Origin: Octopus bimaculoides
Taxonomy: Eukaryota
DNA length: 40,470 nt
Reading direction: 5' to 3'
Assembly: GCF_001194135.2 (NCBI RefSeq)
Contig: NC_068981.1
Coordinates: 55,790,634 to 55,831,103 of the forward strand
The translations under genes were made by a program, and so were the position numbers. Shown here one piece after another: positions 1 through 10,869 of this stretch. The stretch's first letter is position 1. Every line of letters begins with the position of its first letter. The notes under the pieces are model-generated. The model saw nothing but the letters and a program-made list of their open reading frames with translations, was not told where the DNA came from and searched no databases.

Positions 1-295
1 AGTGATTCCTGATGGGCCGGGGGCTTTCCCTGTCTTCATACTCTTAATTGCTTTATCTACCCTGGTACTGTCAACTCGGAGAGCTGGTCCCTCTGTTGGG
101 TTGACATACGGCAGGTTCTCTTTCTCCCATTCATTCTCTTTATTAAGCAATCTATCGTAGTGGCATCTCCATACCTCTTTTTTTGCAGCCTCATTTAGTG
201 CAAGCGTACCATCATCCATGCGAACACATTTCTCTCCTACGACATCAATCACTATTCTCTCTCCTACACTGTCTTGCAACACGAAATACCTCGAG
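1..295 (-). mobile_element. RTE-clade LINE ORF2 fragment (endonuclease-RT linker)
   Basis: Minus strand with a frameshift reads EVFRVARQ...VVGEKCVRMDDGTLALNEAAKKEVWRCHYDRLLNKENEWEKE...KAIKSMKTGKAPGPSGIT. The KAPGP motif just before the RT is typical of RTE. The 5'-truncated end abuts a (TA)n tract at 296. Confidence 0.85.
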
Positions 296-328
<33 letters not shown>

Positions 329-379
329 ATGTATATGCATATATATATTCATACATGTTATGTATATATAAATATATAG

Positions 380-752
380 GCATGGCTGTGTGGTTAAGAA
401 GCTTGCTTTGCAACCTTGTGGTTTTGGGTTCAGTCCCACTGCATATCATTTTAGTTTTTGAGAGAATTTGTAAACAGAAATTGGATGGAAGCCTATCGTG
501 TGTGTGTTTGTGTGTGTGTGTGTATGTGTGTGTGTGTGTGTGTTTATTTATGTGTCTGTGTTTGTCTTCACTACTGTTTGGCAACTAGTGTTGGTTTGTT
601 TACATCTCTGTACCTTAGCAGTTCATCAAAAAAGACCTATAAATTAAGTACCAAACTTAAAATAACTACTGGGGTTGATTTGTTCTACTCCTCAAAGTGA
701 TGCCCCAACATAGTTGCAGTCTAATGACTGAAACAAGTGAAAGACAAAAGTT
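380..752 (+). mobile_element. tRNA-derived SINE (octopus-type) with internal (TG)n
   Basis: Head tggctgtgtggttaagaagc...gggttcagtcccactg (A/B-box-like); 3' part aagtacca...ggggttgat...aatgactgaaacaagtgaaag. Related pieces at 8723, 13690, 24960, 28218, 30838. Confidence 0.75.
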
Positions 753-1521
753 AAAAGACATATAAATAGTGTAAGATAAGGAAGATCCAAGTAAAGAGAT
801 AGTGAAAGACTGATAGTTGTAACTGAGCAGTAATGTCTTCTCTCTACTTCATACTAATTCTTCCCCCTTTTCATAAATATACTACACACACCATAGATAT
901 ACATTCTCATTCATTTCTCTTAGACAATACTGTAGAGACAGTAGTATTTATTGGAATACTGTACTTATTATAATTCCACATTTAGAAAAATTGTATCTTT
1001 GAAAGGTTAGTTTGCATGGTAGATTATAATCTGTGATCTATTTTCTAACTCATCAACAAATGCTAATATGTTTGATATATGGAAGTCAATGAAACCATTC
1101 ATTCAACTATCTCAATCTGGTGACTAAATCTTACAAAGTTTAAAATCTGTAAAATCAAAACTTCATGTATTATTTCCTAAATTTCAGAATGGCTGACCTC
1201 ATAATTTAGATGGATTGCTAGTATTCTGTCATAGTTTAATTGGAACTAACTTGCTAGATATCTTACATCTGCACACCACGTTAATAACTGTGATGCTGTA
1301 CCTATTAGTTGCTTCTTAGGAATTTGTTAAGTTTATTCCTGTAACATAAGTCTACTTTATGTAAAACTGATGAAAGCTATGAACAACATAAACGACTTAA
1401 GCTACTCAATATTGTGCAGAAAGGCAATTTTTGTCTCATCTAAATTAAAAGTTCTAATTTAGAAAACAATTTTTGAAGAGAAAATAATTTCTAAACAATT
1501 TTTCATCTTTTTCTGTTTTAG

Positions 1522-1670
1522 TTCTCTATTACCAACTTCATCTCAGATTTTATTATATGAAGGTGCAGCAAACAATGTTCCAGATGAAAATGCCCATGCT
1601 ACTGCTTTGAAGATTCAAGAACTTGTATGTGCATTACAGAGTTCTGATATTCTGATTGTCCTTATATCTG
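1522..1670 (+). CDS. GLYCTK: Glycerate kinase, internal coding exon (gene 5'-incomplete in window)
   Basis: Acceptor ttctgttttag|, donor |gtaagt. Translates SLLPTSSQILLYEGAANNVPDENAHATALKIQELVCALQSSDILIVLIS(G), matching human GLYCTK as recalled (MLLKPHSRVQVFEGAEDNLPD...LLLVLISG). 149 nt; phase is compatible with the next exon. Confidence 0.93.
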
Positions 1671-2222
1671 GTAAGTTAACAGCTTAGTGGTAAGTGGACA
1701 CTAGGAAATAGTAAAGAATGCTTCTAATTATATTGGAGAAAGAAACAATTAAAACATATCTATGCAGCCAAAATAATAGAAGCCTTCCTGTTCAGTCTAA
1801 AACGAATTTAATAATTTCATTTTGAATACATTTTTATAAAAAATAATTTTATAGTCTGTTTTGAAGGCGTCGATGTGGCTGTCATCCCTTTTCAGTCAAA
1901 TAAAAAAAGTGATTGTTATTTACTATGATGTAAAGATTTGTTGATTAGGAAGAGATTACTTCACCATTATAGTTTTGTATTTATTGCTGAATGGCAAATT
2001 GAACCAAGTCTTGTTGCTTTGCCTGGTTTGAGTTATTTGTTGTTTTTAGTGTGTTGATTATATATTGTGCTTTTAAGATCATTGATAGTAAAGGCTGAGT
2101 TTTACTTTTCTGAGACTGTAGAAAGTTGCTTTGGTAGAGGGAAGGACATCAATACAAAAGCATGGTATCAATGTAACAAAAATACTAAATGCAGATGAAT
2201 TTTTAATTATTATCTCTTTCAG

Positions 2223-2398
2223 GTGGTGGTTCTGCCCTTCTACCAACACCGTGTCTTCCCATAACACTTGAAGACGAAATCATTCTGACCAAACTCATGT
2301 CATCTCATGGAGCAACAATAACACAACTTAATACAATCAGACAGAATATTGAACATTTGAAAGGAGGTGGCCTTGCTCATCTTGCTTATCCAGCTCAG
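2223..2398 (+). CDS. GLYCTK: Glycerate kinase, internal coding exon
   Basis: Acceptor tctctttcag|, donor cag|gttttt. Translates GGGSALLPTPCLPITLEDEIILTKLMSSHGATITQLNTIRQNIEHLKGGGLAHLAYPAQ, containing the SGGGSAL and LNTIR...KGGGLA motifs of class II (MOFRL) glycerate kinases. 176 nt; splices in frame. Confidence 0.95.
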
Positions 2399-2756
2399 GT
2401 TTTTAGCTTGCTTTTCATTCTTTCTTTGTTAAGAAAAGAAACAATTTCATTCACTTTTGTATAAACTTAAATCCTAGAACTTGTGTAAAAATATTAATAT
2501 TTTTGTTGTTTTTATTATCATTAAGTTTAAATATGCAAATCATTAGAATTATTGTACAGGAAGAGATGTAAGTTTGTACTATTCATACCCTTTGTGAATG
2601 TATTTAGTACTGTAGGTGAATTTATAAAATAATATTTACTAAGAAATAAGTAAGGCAACAAGTGAGTCTTTTCATGGTCACTTGATTTGCTAGATATATC
2701 AGCTGAATCTCCTCAGTACTGGTGATTCATCTGCTGTATCTAGCAGGATGAAATAT

Positions 2757-2954
2757 TAGTTTCAAAATTTTGGCCAATGGTCAGTAAGTTTGGGGAAGGA
2801 GGTTAGTCAAGTACATTGACCCAAGTTTTATTGATCGTGAAAGGATGAAAAACAAAGTTGACTTCAGTAGAATTTGAACTCAGAAAGTAAGGATGGACAA
2901 AATACCACTAACCATTATGCCTGGTACATTAACGATTCTGCCAGCTCGCCACCT
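2757..2954 (-). mobile_element. tRNA-derived SINE (second family) in GLYCTK intron with 16-bp TSD
   Basis: Reverse complement begins aaggtggcgagctggcagaatcgtt, like copies at 31448, 32221 and 33739. Flanked by identical tagcaggatgaaatat at 2741-2756 and 2955-2970. Confidence 0.85.
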
Positions 2955-3214
2955 TAGCAGGATGAAATATCGACACTTTGAATAATGAAATCATTCATAT
3001 ATGTTTGCCCCTCCAAATGGTATGACCATAGCTAGTATGCTTTGACAAATTTTCTTGATCATTTCTGATCTGGGGCTAAGCAGTAACAACTGAGGACTTA
3101 GTACAGTGCCATATTCTTGCCATACATATCTGAAAATAAGGATGTATAAAAATAATATGTGTATTGAATTATTGACCAAGTATTTTGATTAACTTTGTTG
3201 ATGTATGCAATACT

Positions 3215-3470
3215 ATATTTCTCCTCCAAATTTCTGAGGAGCATCTTAAAGCCAATTGGGGGTTCTTCTTGTTTAGCCTCAGGTCAGCCCTGATTCAGCA
3301 GACAATATGATTAAAAACTTTCCTGTTGTGACTATTCTCTTTTTTTTTTCTCAGATGTGGTTTGTATTTTGGACTACATTATTCAACACCAATTTCTATG
3401 ATAAAAGAGTGTGATTTGAGGAGATTGCACTAATATTTCTGCCAGTGTCAGAGATTTCAAAGACACTCCC
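3215..3470 (-). mobile_element. Degenerate interspersed repeat (SINE-like, third family)
   Basis: Shares motifs (ctagaaatag..gccaaat, aatgtagtccca, gatcata...tcagggctgacctg.ggctaaac) with 14770-14995, 26335-26790 and 34180-34390. Confidence 0.5.
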
Positions 3471-4496
3471 TCAGTGGCTCATGCTGATTCTGGTTTTTAG
3501 ACTTCAAACTAGAAATTAGTGATCAAATACTTCATCTACTCATCTACTCATCTACTTTCTTTCAGTAATAGAATAAGAAATTATAGCTCCTTTTTGATTA
3601 GAGATAAATGTCTCCTGGATAGGTTAGAAGTCTTTGGCATGTAACTCTACCTGATGAGCAAGGAGGGAATTCAGAGGGTTGAGTAAGAAGTGGGCTTATT
3701 GGTTCATGAAGGACCTAGATGAGTGAACACAGTCTAGGTGACAAAAGGAAGAGAGCTAAGTGAGTTGACAGTGATTGAGGGGAGATGGCATGAGATGAGC
3801 TAACTCTACTGAGTAGAAGCCACTGTATTAGCAGTAGAAGGGGAAGAGGTAAGAAAGCAACATATTTGAGTAGCTCCAGTCAGATTGTTTTTCTTATGTA
3901 AGACTTCAGTGTGTGTTTAAGAAGTCAATATTTATAGGAAATGTAAAATGCTTCCAAGGGACCATGAAGAACCTCTTTCTGTGAAGATGAGAGTATTGTT
4001 GAACATCAATGATAGCAGAGGTGGTTTGGATGCTTTGTAGTGTCTTCTGTGAGGAGAGCAGAAGTTGATAAGAGCTGTAGTCTAATAGAAGTGGTACTTC
4101 TGGTGTTGTAGACAGTAATCTTGAATGTGGAAGTTGCAGCATTACTGATAGAGGGGTTAGCAGTAGTGGTGGTAGCAGATTAATAGATGTGATGGTGATG
4201 GTAGGTCAGTGGTGATGTGGCTATGGAGGGATTGGCTTGGTAGAGGTGATGGTATGGTTCTTTAATGATGATAATTATAATTATGTTAGAGATAAAAAAG
4301 GTGGAGGAAGGTGAGAGTGCTGACAGGAGTGATAAAAATATCAAGTGGTGGTGATTATAGTGATTTTTTTTTATTATTTCAGTGTCTTTGCTGTGATAAA
4401 AATAAATTCCACTAACATTTGAGTGGTGCTTAAAATCTACTTCTTAGTTTGGGCTTTATGTCTTCAAGTGGATGTGAGATAAATCTTCTTTATCCA

Positions 4497-4545
4497 CATA
4501 TACACATACATGCATACATACACACACTCATGTGCGTACACATGT

Positions 4546-4585
<40 letters not shown>
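4497..4585. repeat. (CA)n / (CATA)n microsatellite
   Basis: Direct inspection. Confidence 0.95.
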
Positions 4586-4590
<5 letters not shown>

Positions 4591-5726
4591 ATTACAAGTT
4601 ACCAGTATATTACAAGTAACATTTATAGTTGATCAGACACCTTTCCCAACTGATTGGTAAATCAAGGTACTTAGAATAAAGTGTCTTGCAAAGAAAATAA
4701 TTAAAATACCTGCAATTCATAAACTATAAGTTGTTAGTCCAATACCTTATCTACTTAGCCATTTCATCTGCTCTCTTCAATAATAGATGATAATATATAT
4801 GAATGATTGATTTGTACAGAACAAATCATTAGGTTAAGATTCTTTGTAAGTAACCTAACTTACAAGTAGTTGATTTTTCCTGAAATCATTTTCTTCTACC
4901 TAAAGTAATAGAACACATATTCCATGTACTAATTTCTTGGACAAGTCCAATATAGATAAAAAAAAAAAAAACTCTCACCTTGATTGTGACAAAGATGGAA
5001 ATACCTTTTAAGCTTTGAGTAACTTTTAAAACCAGTGGGTCATATAAATTTTCATGGCATTAATTGAAGAAGAGAGATATATTTTCTCTTGGGCTGGTTG
5101 AAGAGTTGCTGATTTGTATTTCATCACTGGTATTATACGGTTTATTTGGCAATGACATTAGTCTGCCTCACTGAAAATAGATACAGGGTGTAGTCAAAAA
5201 GTATCCAACTTTTGGCCAAGAAACAAGTGATATTAAAAACTCACCACTTTGATTTAGTCTCCTTCAAAGTATTCGCCTTGAGAGTCTACACACTTTTGCC
5301 AGCATTACTGCCACCGCTAGAAACATTTCTGGAAATCACTTCTTTATGCTGTAGAGCTGTGCCATCAAATTTTGCTTAATGTCCTCTATTGACTCAAATC
5401 TTCTCCCTTTGAGTGTTTTTTTTTGAGCTTTGAGAATAGCCAAAAGTCGCACAGAACCAGGTCTGGGAAGTAGGAAGCCTGACAAACAAGTGGTGCATTT
5501 TGCTTGACGGGGAATGCTTGGATGAGTGGGTGCATTGTCATGGTGGAGTTGCCAGTTCTTTGCTACCCACAGATCAGCTTGTTTTCACTGCACTGCTTCA
5601 TGAAGGCAACGAAAAACCCCCAGGTAGTATTCTTTGTTAACTGCCTGCCCTTGTGGTGCATACTCATGATGCACAATACCTCTGTAGTCAAAGAAACTGG
5701 TCATTATCAGTTTAACATTGCTGCAT

Positions 5727-5889
5727 CCGAACGTGCACATCTGAACGTGCACATCTGAACGTGCACATCTGAACGTGCACATCTGAACGTGCACATCTGA
5801 ACGTGCACATATGAACGTGCACATCTGAACGTGCACATCTGAACGTGCACATCTGAACGTGCACATCTGAACGTGCACATCCGAACGTG
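5727..5889. repeat. 14-bp minisatellite (CTGAACGTGCACAT) x11 plus a partial unit
   Basis: Eleven full units at 5727-5880. The first and the last partial unit start CCGAAC and unit 7 starts ATGAAC. No spacers. Confidence 0.97.
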
Positions 5890-6452
5890 GGGTGTAACCG
5901 GCCCACTTATGAGTACCCCTCATTCATTGGACAATGAACTTTGCTTGCGAAGACCTATTGAGGCAAGTGTAAACAAATCAAAATCGCTAATGTGGCTGAT
6001 GACAGTACCACCTAATTAGCACTTGTGACAGTGGAACGTTACAAGCATATCCAAGCGTGATCATTGCCAGGACCATGGATTGGCTCCCGTGCCGCTGACA
6101 CGTGATCGCTGCCTGTGTCACCATACCGGCACATGTGCCAGTAGCATGTATAAAACAACATTCAAGTATGGTCGTTGCCAGTGCCGCTGGACTGGCTCCC
6201 ATGCAGGTAGCATGTAAAAACACTTTTTGAGCGTGGTCGTTGCCAGAACTGCCTGACTGGCCCTCATGCTGGTGGCATGTAAAAAGCACCCACTACACTC
6301 TCGGAGTGGTTAGCGTTAGGAAGGGCATCCAGCTGTAGAAACTTTGCCAGATCAGATTGAGCCTGGTGCAGCCTCTGGCTCACCAGTCCTCAGTCAAACC
6401 GCCCAACCCATCATGGAAAGCTGACGTTAAACGATGATGATAATGATGATGA
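5888..6452 (+). mobile_element. RTE LINE 3' UTR with ~60-bp tandem modules and (GAT)n tail
   Basis: Ends aagcacccactacactctcggagtggtt...aagggcatccagctgtagaaac...gacgttaaacgatgatgat, the terminus that follows RTE ORF2 at 36907-37673. Assignment of 5888-6040 to this UTR is from recall of the family. Confidence 0.85.
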
Positions 6453-6853
6453 TTATCATTTTGTGCAAAAAAAATCAAGTTTGGATACATTTTGACTGCA
6501 CCTTGTATTTGTTAAAAGTAGTGGAAACATTACACAATTGACAAATATTTAGTTCATATATAAAGTTCAGCTCAAATTCTATTTTGGGTATGGCTTACTG
6601 AGGGCCGAATCTTAAAAAAGATGATTTGCGCTATATATGCCACATGAAATTGAAACCTCCAGGTCAACTGCAGTGATTTGACAAGTTATACAATGAAAGA
6701 TATACAAGCAATTTTAATCTGAATGTTGATTGATTTTTATCCTGAAAGTTACAGACTGTTTAGACCAATATTGATATCTAAATAATCATAAATCATAAAT
6801 TTCTTTAATTCAGAACTTTCAATATTAATGTTAATATTTTTTTGATGTTGTAG

Positions 6854-7726
6854 GTCATTTCTTTAATTTTATCAGATGTAATTGGTGATCCTCTTGACAA
6901 AATTGCCAGTGGTCCAACTGTATCACAAACCTCAGAGCCACAGGATTGTTTAAAAATATTTGATCATTTGAATATTTCTCACAAGGTTCCAAAATCAGTC
7001 TTTGAAGTGTTACATGAAAAGCAATTGGAATATGAAAAGAACAGAAGTAATTTCGAAAGAATGAATGCCTCAAAAGTTTTTAATTTCATTATTGGAAGTA
7101 ACAGTATTGCTGTGGAACGTGCTCGGATGAAAGCTGAAGAACTGGGATATCAAAGTATTGTTTTATCTACATATCTTGAAGGTGAAGCTAGAGACGTTGG
7201 TTGTCATTTTGTAAACCTTGCCATCTCTGTTTGTAACCAATATATCAACAAGTTCATGGTTAAAAAGTTAAATGAATATGACTTTCCAGAATTTTCCAAC
7301 AGTAAACTAGATGAGCTGAAAATGTTAATTAAATCTGCTGCTTCAAACTCAAATCCAATCTGTATTTTGTGTGGGGGTGAAACCACAGTTACTATGAAAG
7401 GAAATGGTAAAGGTGGCCGAAATCAAGAAATGGCTCTTTCTGTTGCTGTTATGTTGCAAGAAATATTTACTAATGATTTAAAAAAGGAATTTATAGTTGA
7501 ATTCCTCAGTGCTGGGACAGATGGACAAGATGGTCCTACAGATGTGGCTGGAGCAATGGTATCATCTGAGATGGTTGTAGAAAGTTCTGCTAAAGACTTT
7601 TTGAATAACAATGATTCTTATAATTTCTTTAAATCATATTTAAATGGTCAGCATTTTGTTTGGACTGGACTAACAGCAACTAATGTGATGGATATCCAGT
7701 TATTAATAATTAAACGTAAAAAGTAG
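6854..7726 (+). CDS. GLYCTK: Glycerate kinase, terminal coding exon (MOFRL domain)
   Basis: Acceptor gttgtag|. Begins VISLILSDVIGDPLDKIASGPT and is in frame with ORF 6968-7726. Contains IIGSN, GGETTV, GGRNQE, GTDGQDGPT and TNVMD motifs; stop TAG 7724-7726. Confidence 0.97.
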   Translation, partial: VISLILSDVIGDPLDKIASGPTVSQTSEPQDCLKIFDHLNISHKVPKSVFEVLHEKQLEYEKNRSNFERMNASKVFNFIIGSNSIAVERARMKAEELGYQSIVLSTYLEGEARDVGCHFVNLAISVCNQYINKFMVKKLNEYDFPEFSNSKLDELKMLIKSAASNSNPICILCGGETTVTMKGNGKGGRNQEMALSVAVMLQEIFTNDLKKEFIVEFLSAGTDGQDGPTDVAGAMVSSEMVVESSAKDFLNNNDSYNFFKSYLNGQHFVWTGLTATNVMDIQLLIIKRKK

Positions 7727-8722
7727 AAATCAGGACATATTTGAAAGTGTCGGCATTTGCTTGGCTAATTAAATGGAAATTAACATGAGAATACATCAGA
7801 TTATGATTCACCTTTTAAGGGAACAAATAAGTCACTTTTTAAGGGAGCTTTGTTTCTAGTCAAAAGATTTTGATAATTAAGCAAATATAAAAATTTATGA
7901 CAAAATTAGACATTTGATAAAAATTACATTAAAATATGTTTCATTCAAATATCTTTTATAATGTGTTTTTTTTTCCTGTTAAGTACTCCTGATAACATCC
8001 TGATTTATCTCTTAATCGACAATGACCCTCTCCTCACAACTTCTCTGGATCCTCATCACCCTTATCTCTTTATCTCATGCCCCCTTCCTCCCTCACCTTC
8101 CACTCATAACATGCACTGGAACCCCTCTCTACACCCCATCCCATCTCACCACTCTTCCACTGTGCCCCTCTCTCTTTTCTGCTAATCCCAAATACTCCTT
8201 TCTTTCCTCTCGCAACACTACTCTGTTACTCTCATATTACCACTCTCTCATAACAATAAAACTGTTCCTCTTATATTTCACCCTTTCATCTCCTCTCCTA
8301 AAATCATCACCCACTCTCTCATACTCTTCATTCAGTTGTGATGCTTCTTTTGTGTTGCTAGTTACAAGGTGGCCTCTCTAATGCTGATGACTTGACAAAA
8401 AAAGCACTCACTACATTCTGAAGAGTCATTGCCATTAGAAATTGCATCCAGCCATACAAAATTGAGACATCTGAGTGTAGCACAGTTCTCGGACTCATTA
8501 GCTTCTGTCAAAATGTCCAACCCATGCCAGCATAGAAGGCTGGTGTAGAATGATGATGTTGATGATGGTATGCTTAAATATTTCAATAGAGTTATGAGTA
8601 ATGTTTGTAGAGTGATGACTCAAACTGTTGAACTTTAGTAGATTTGAATCCAATTTCTTTTTAATGGGTTAATCTGTTTGTCCTCAGGTCATTGTTTTAA
8701 AGAACCTACATTCAGAGAGACT

Positions 8723-9116
8723 GGTGTGGCTGTGTAGTTAAGAAGCTTGTTTCCCAACCATTTGATTTTGGGTTCAGTTCCACTGTGTGACACCTTGGTC
8801 AAATGTCTTCTATTACAGCCTTGGGTCAACCAAATCTTTGTGAGTAGATTTGGTTGACAGAAACTGAAAGAATCCCATTGTGTGTTTATGTGTTTGTTTG
8901 TGTTTATTTGTGTGTAACCTTGACATGCTTGTCTAGAGATCATGTGATTGTTGTAAATAGGCATCACTGTCATACAAGCGAAAACATGTTTGGTCATGGA
9001 GAAATATTTCCCCTATTCGGAAACAGGTGAGGGCTGGCAACAGGACAATCATCAGACTGTAGAAAACCTGCTTCAGCAAATTCCGTCTGACTCATGTAAG
9101 CATGGAAAAGTGGATG
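8723..9116 (+). mobile_element. tRNA-derived SINE with RTE-like 3' tail
   Basis: Same head as 380; the 3' end ctgtagaaaacctgc...catg.aagcatggaaaagtggatg resembles the RTE terminus. Related bodies at 12680-12850 (+), 13396-13560 (-) and 30195-30420 (-). Confidence 0.7.
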
Positions 9117-10010
9117 AATGAATATCAAGTGACTTCTTTCTTTGACCAATCACCAGTGAGTATTGTATCTTCTCTTATTTATTTCTTATACTCTCAGCAT
9201 TTCCTACATCTCAGGTTATGGGATCCTCTGAGTCAGATTCTTCATCATTTATTCATTGATCCACCATATTACTATATCTCATACAACTCAATAACTCTGA
9301 AGTTAAGGTGCTAAGTTATTGACAACACAGTTCATGCTGCAGGCATTTTTTATGTTACCTGTAGTGAAGTTTGCAACTTTGAACTCTTCTTGTTTCAAAT
9401 TGCCTTTTAAAATTTTGATGTTATTCAGACATTATGGTTGAGTCTCTTTAGAGAAAATGGGTAAAAATCACATAAACATTATGTACAAAGATTGGAATTT
9501 GCAAAATCATCCCTCTCATGGTTTCATGAAAAACTGACGGAAAAAATATTTTAAAGGTTTCTCATCAATTTTCTGGTTTTCTGAACTATGTTTGTTGTTG
9601 AGTCAACTTACCTTCACAATATTCATTTGACACAGTAATTGTACTTGGAGTACTGAATTAAGTGGAAATTGCTGAGATGTTTGCTAGTGAACAATACTGA
9701 GAGTGAATCCTTTCATCTGAGAATAATTGAAGAGTGGTTATTCCACATAAAAATGTGATATGAACTTGTAATGGATGTAGCAGTGTTTTGGGTTGATTGT
9801 AGAAGCCCAGCAGGGACAAAAATAGGACCATACATTGCAAAATGATGCATGACAACTGAAATATTGAGAAATATGCTACTGGCTACAGTCCTGATCCATC
9901 TAACATATGTCAGCATGAAAAGATAAATATAATCTGATAATGATCATAGTAATTTATATTTATTGCTTTGTACCTGAAAAGAATTATAAAGGATTATTAA
10001 ATAGATTATA

Positions 10011-10047
<37 letters not shown>

Positions 10048-10869
10048 ATATACAGTATTTTACATTTGTTTTATTAAGCTGGGATTGGTTTCGTTAAAGC
10101 AATTACTTTGATGCTTTTATAACTGCTAACCACTCAACCATGAAGTAGGGAGTGAAACTGATTTCATGGTCCTAGGAGAATAATGTTTGCTTCTGAGCAC
10201 AACTGTTTGTTGTTTGAACTCCTGTCTTTTGTTTCACAGCTACTGTGTCTCTCATTATACACAGACAGATAGATTGTGTTCTAGTTATTTTCTATCACCC
10301 TTTTAACTCTACATGTATCTCTCCATATACATTACATGTCTATATTTCTCATATTCTTCTTTAAACTAATTACTCTTCAAGTATACAGATTGAATTTCAT
10401 AACAGTATATTTACACTTGTGAGGTTGATGTTGTTCAGCTTGACCTTATGTAAGGTGATGCATGTAGAATAAATGTTAGCAAGATGGGGTTTCCAGAAGG
10501 CACAGACCTTATCTGTAATCTTGTTTAACACCACCACTGAGTACTTTTGTGATTTTAGTGGAATCTAATTTGTTGCAAGCATTTGGACTATTTCTCTGGT
10601 CTGAGGCTTACTGTAGATTTTTCTTTCCTTTCCCCACTACCTCAGAGTTTTACAAAAGTCACAAAAAGTTTGGATGCAGGTAGACTGAGAAAAATATTTG
10701 TTGGGAAGGTAGTACATAACTTGTTTATCCAGAGGTGTAAAAAAAATGTTGAAGTAGCATTAAAAGAGGAGTGGAGAAACTGCATATGTGAACCAGCAAC
10801 TGTAGCTTGTTGGTAAGTGTTTGTCAATCAACCAAATTGCCTTCTTTTAGATGTAGCCTTTTATCAGCC

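Larger units (their letters stand above)
5182..6507 (-). mobile_element. Mariner DNA transposon remnant with both TIRs; N-terminal half replaced by a LINE 3' end
   Basis: TIRs tacagggtgtagtcaaaaagtatccaa (5182) and reverse complement tacaaggtgcagtcaaaatgtatccaa (ending 6507), 3 mismatches in 27, TA ends. Minus strand 5234-5725 encodes FFDYRGIVHHEYAPQGQAVNKEYY...WQLHHDNAP...YFPDLVLCDFWLF...WQKCVDSQGEYFEGD* with stops and frameshifts. Confidence 0.92.

Noticed and set aside
380-445. tRNA genes at SINE heads
   Set aside because: Box A/B-like motifs are present, but there is no complete cloverleaf and each head continues into a SINE body.
3640-4350. Purine-rich intronic block with a faint APE-endonuclease-like FKITVYNTRS on the minus strand
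   Set aside because: A single weak motif with many stops; the family could not be assigned.
5727-5889. CRISPR-like reading of the 14-bp array or of the ~60-bp modules
   Set aside because: No unique spacers, no cas genes, and a eukaryotic TE context.
5585-5923. 112-aa ORF with repeated CARSDVHVQMCTFR as a repeat protein
   Set aside because: It is the minisatellite read in frame into a dead transposase.
7960-8381. ORFs in the pyrimidine-rich block after GLYCTK
   Set aside because: Low-complexity, compositionally biased sequence resembling the purine-rich block at 24250-24560; no coding signature.
9612-9973. Minus-strand exon suggested by a good donor (9611) and acceptor (9974)
   Set aside because: All three frames contain stops and no homology was recognised; a non-coding exon cannot be supported without RNA data.
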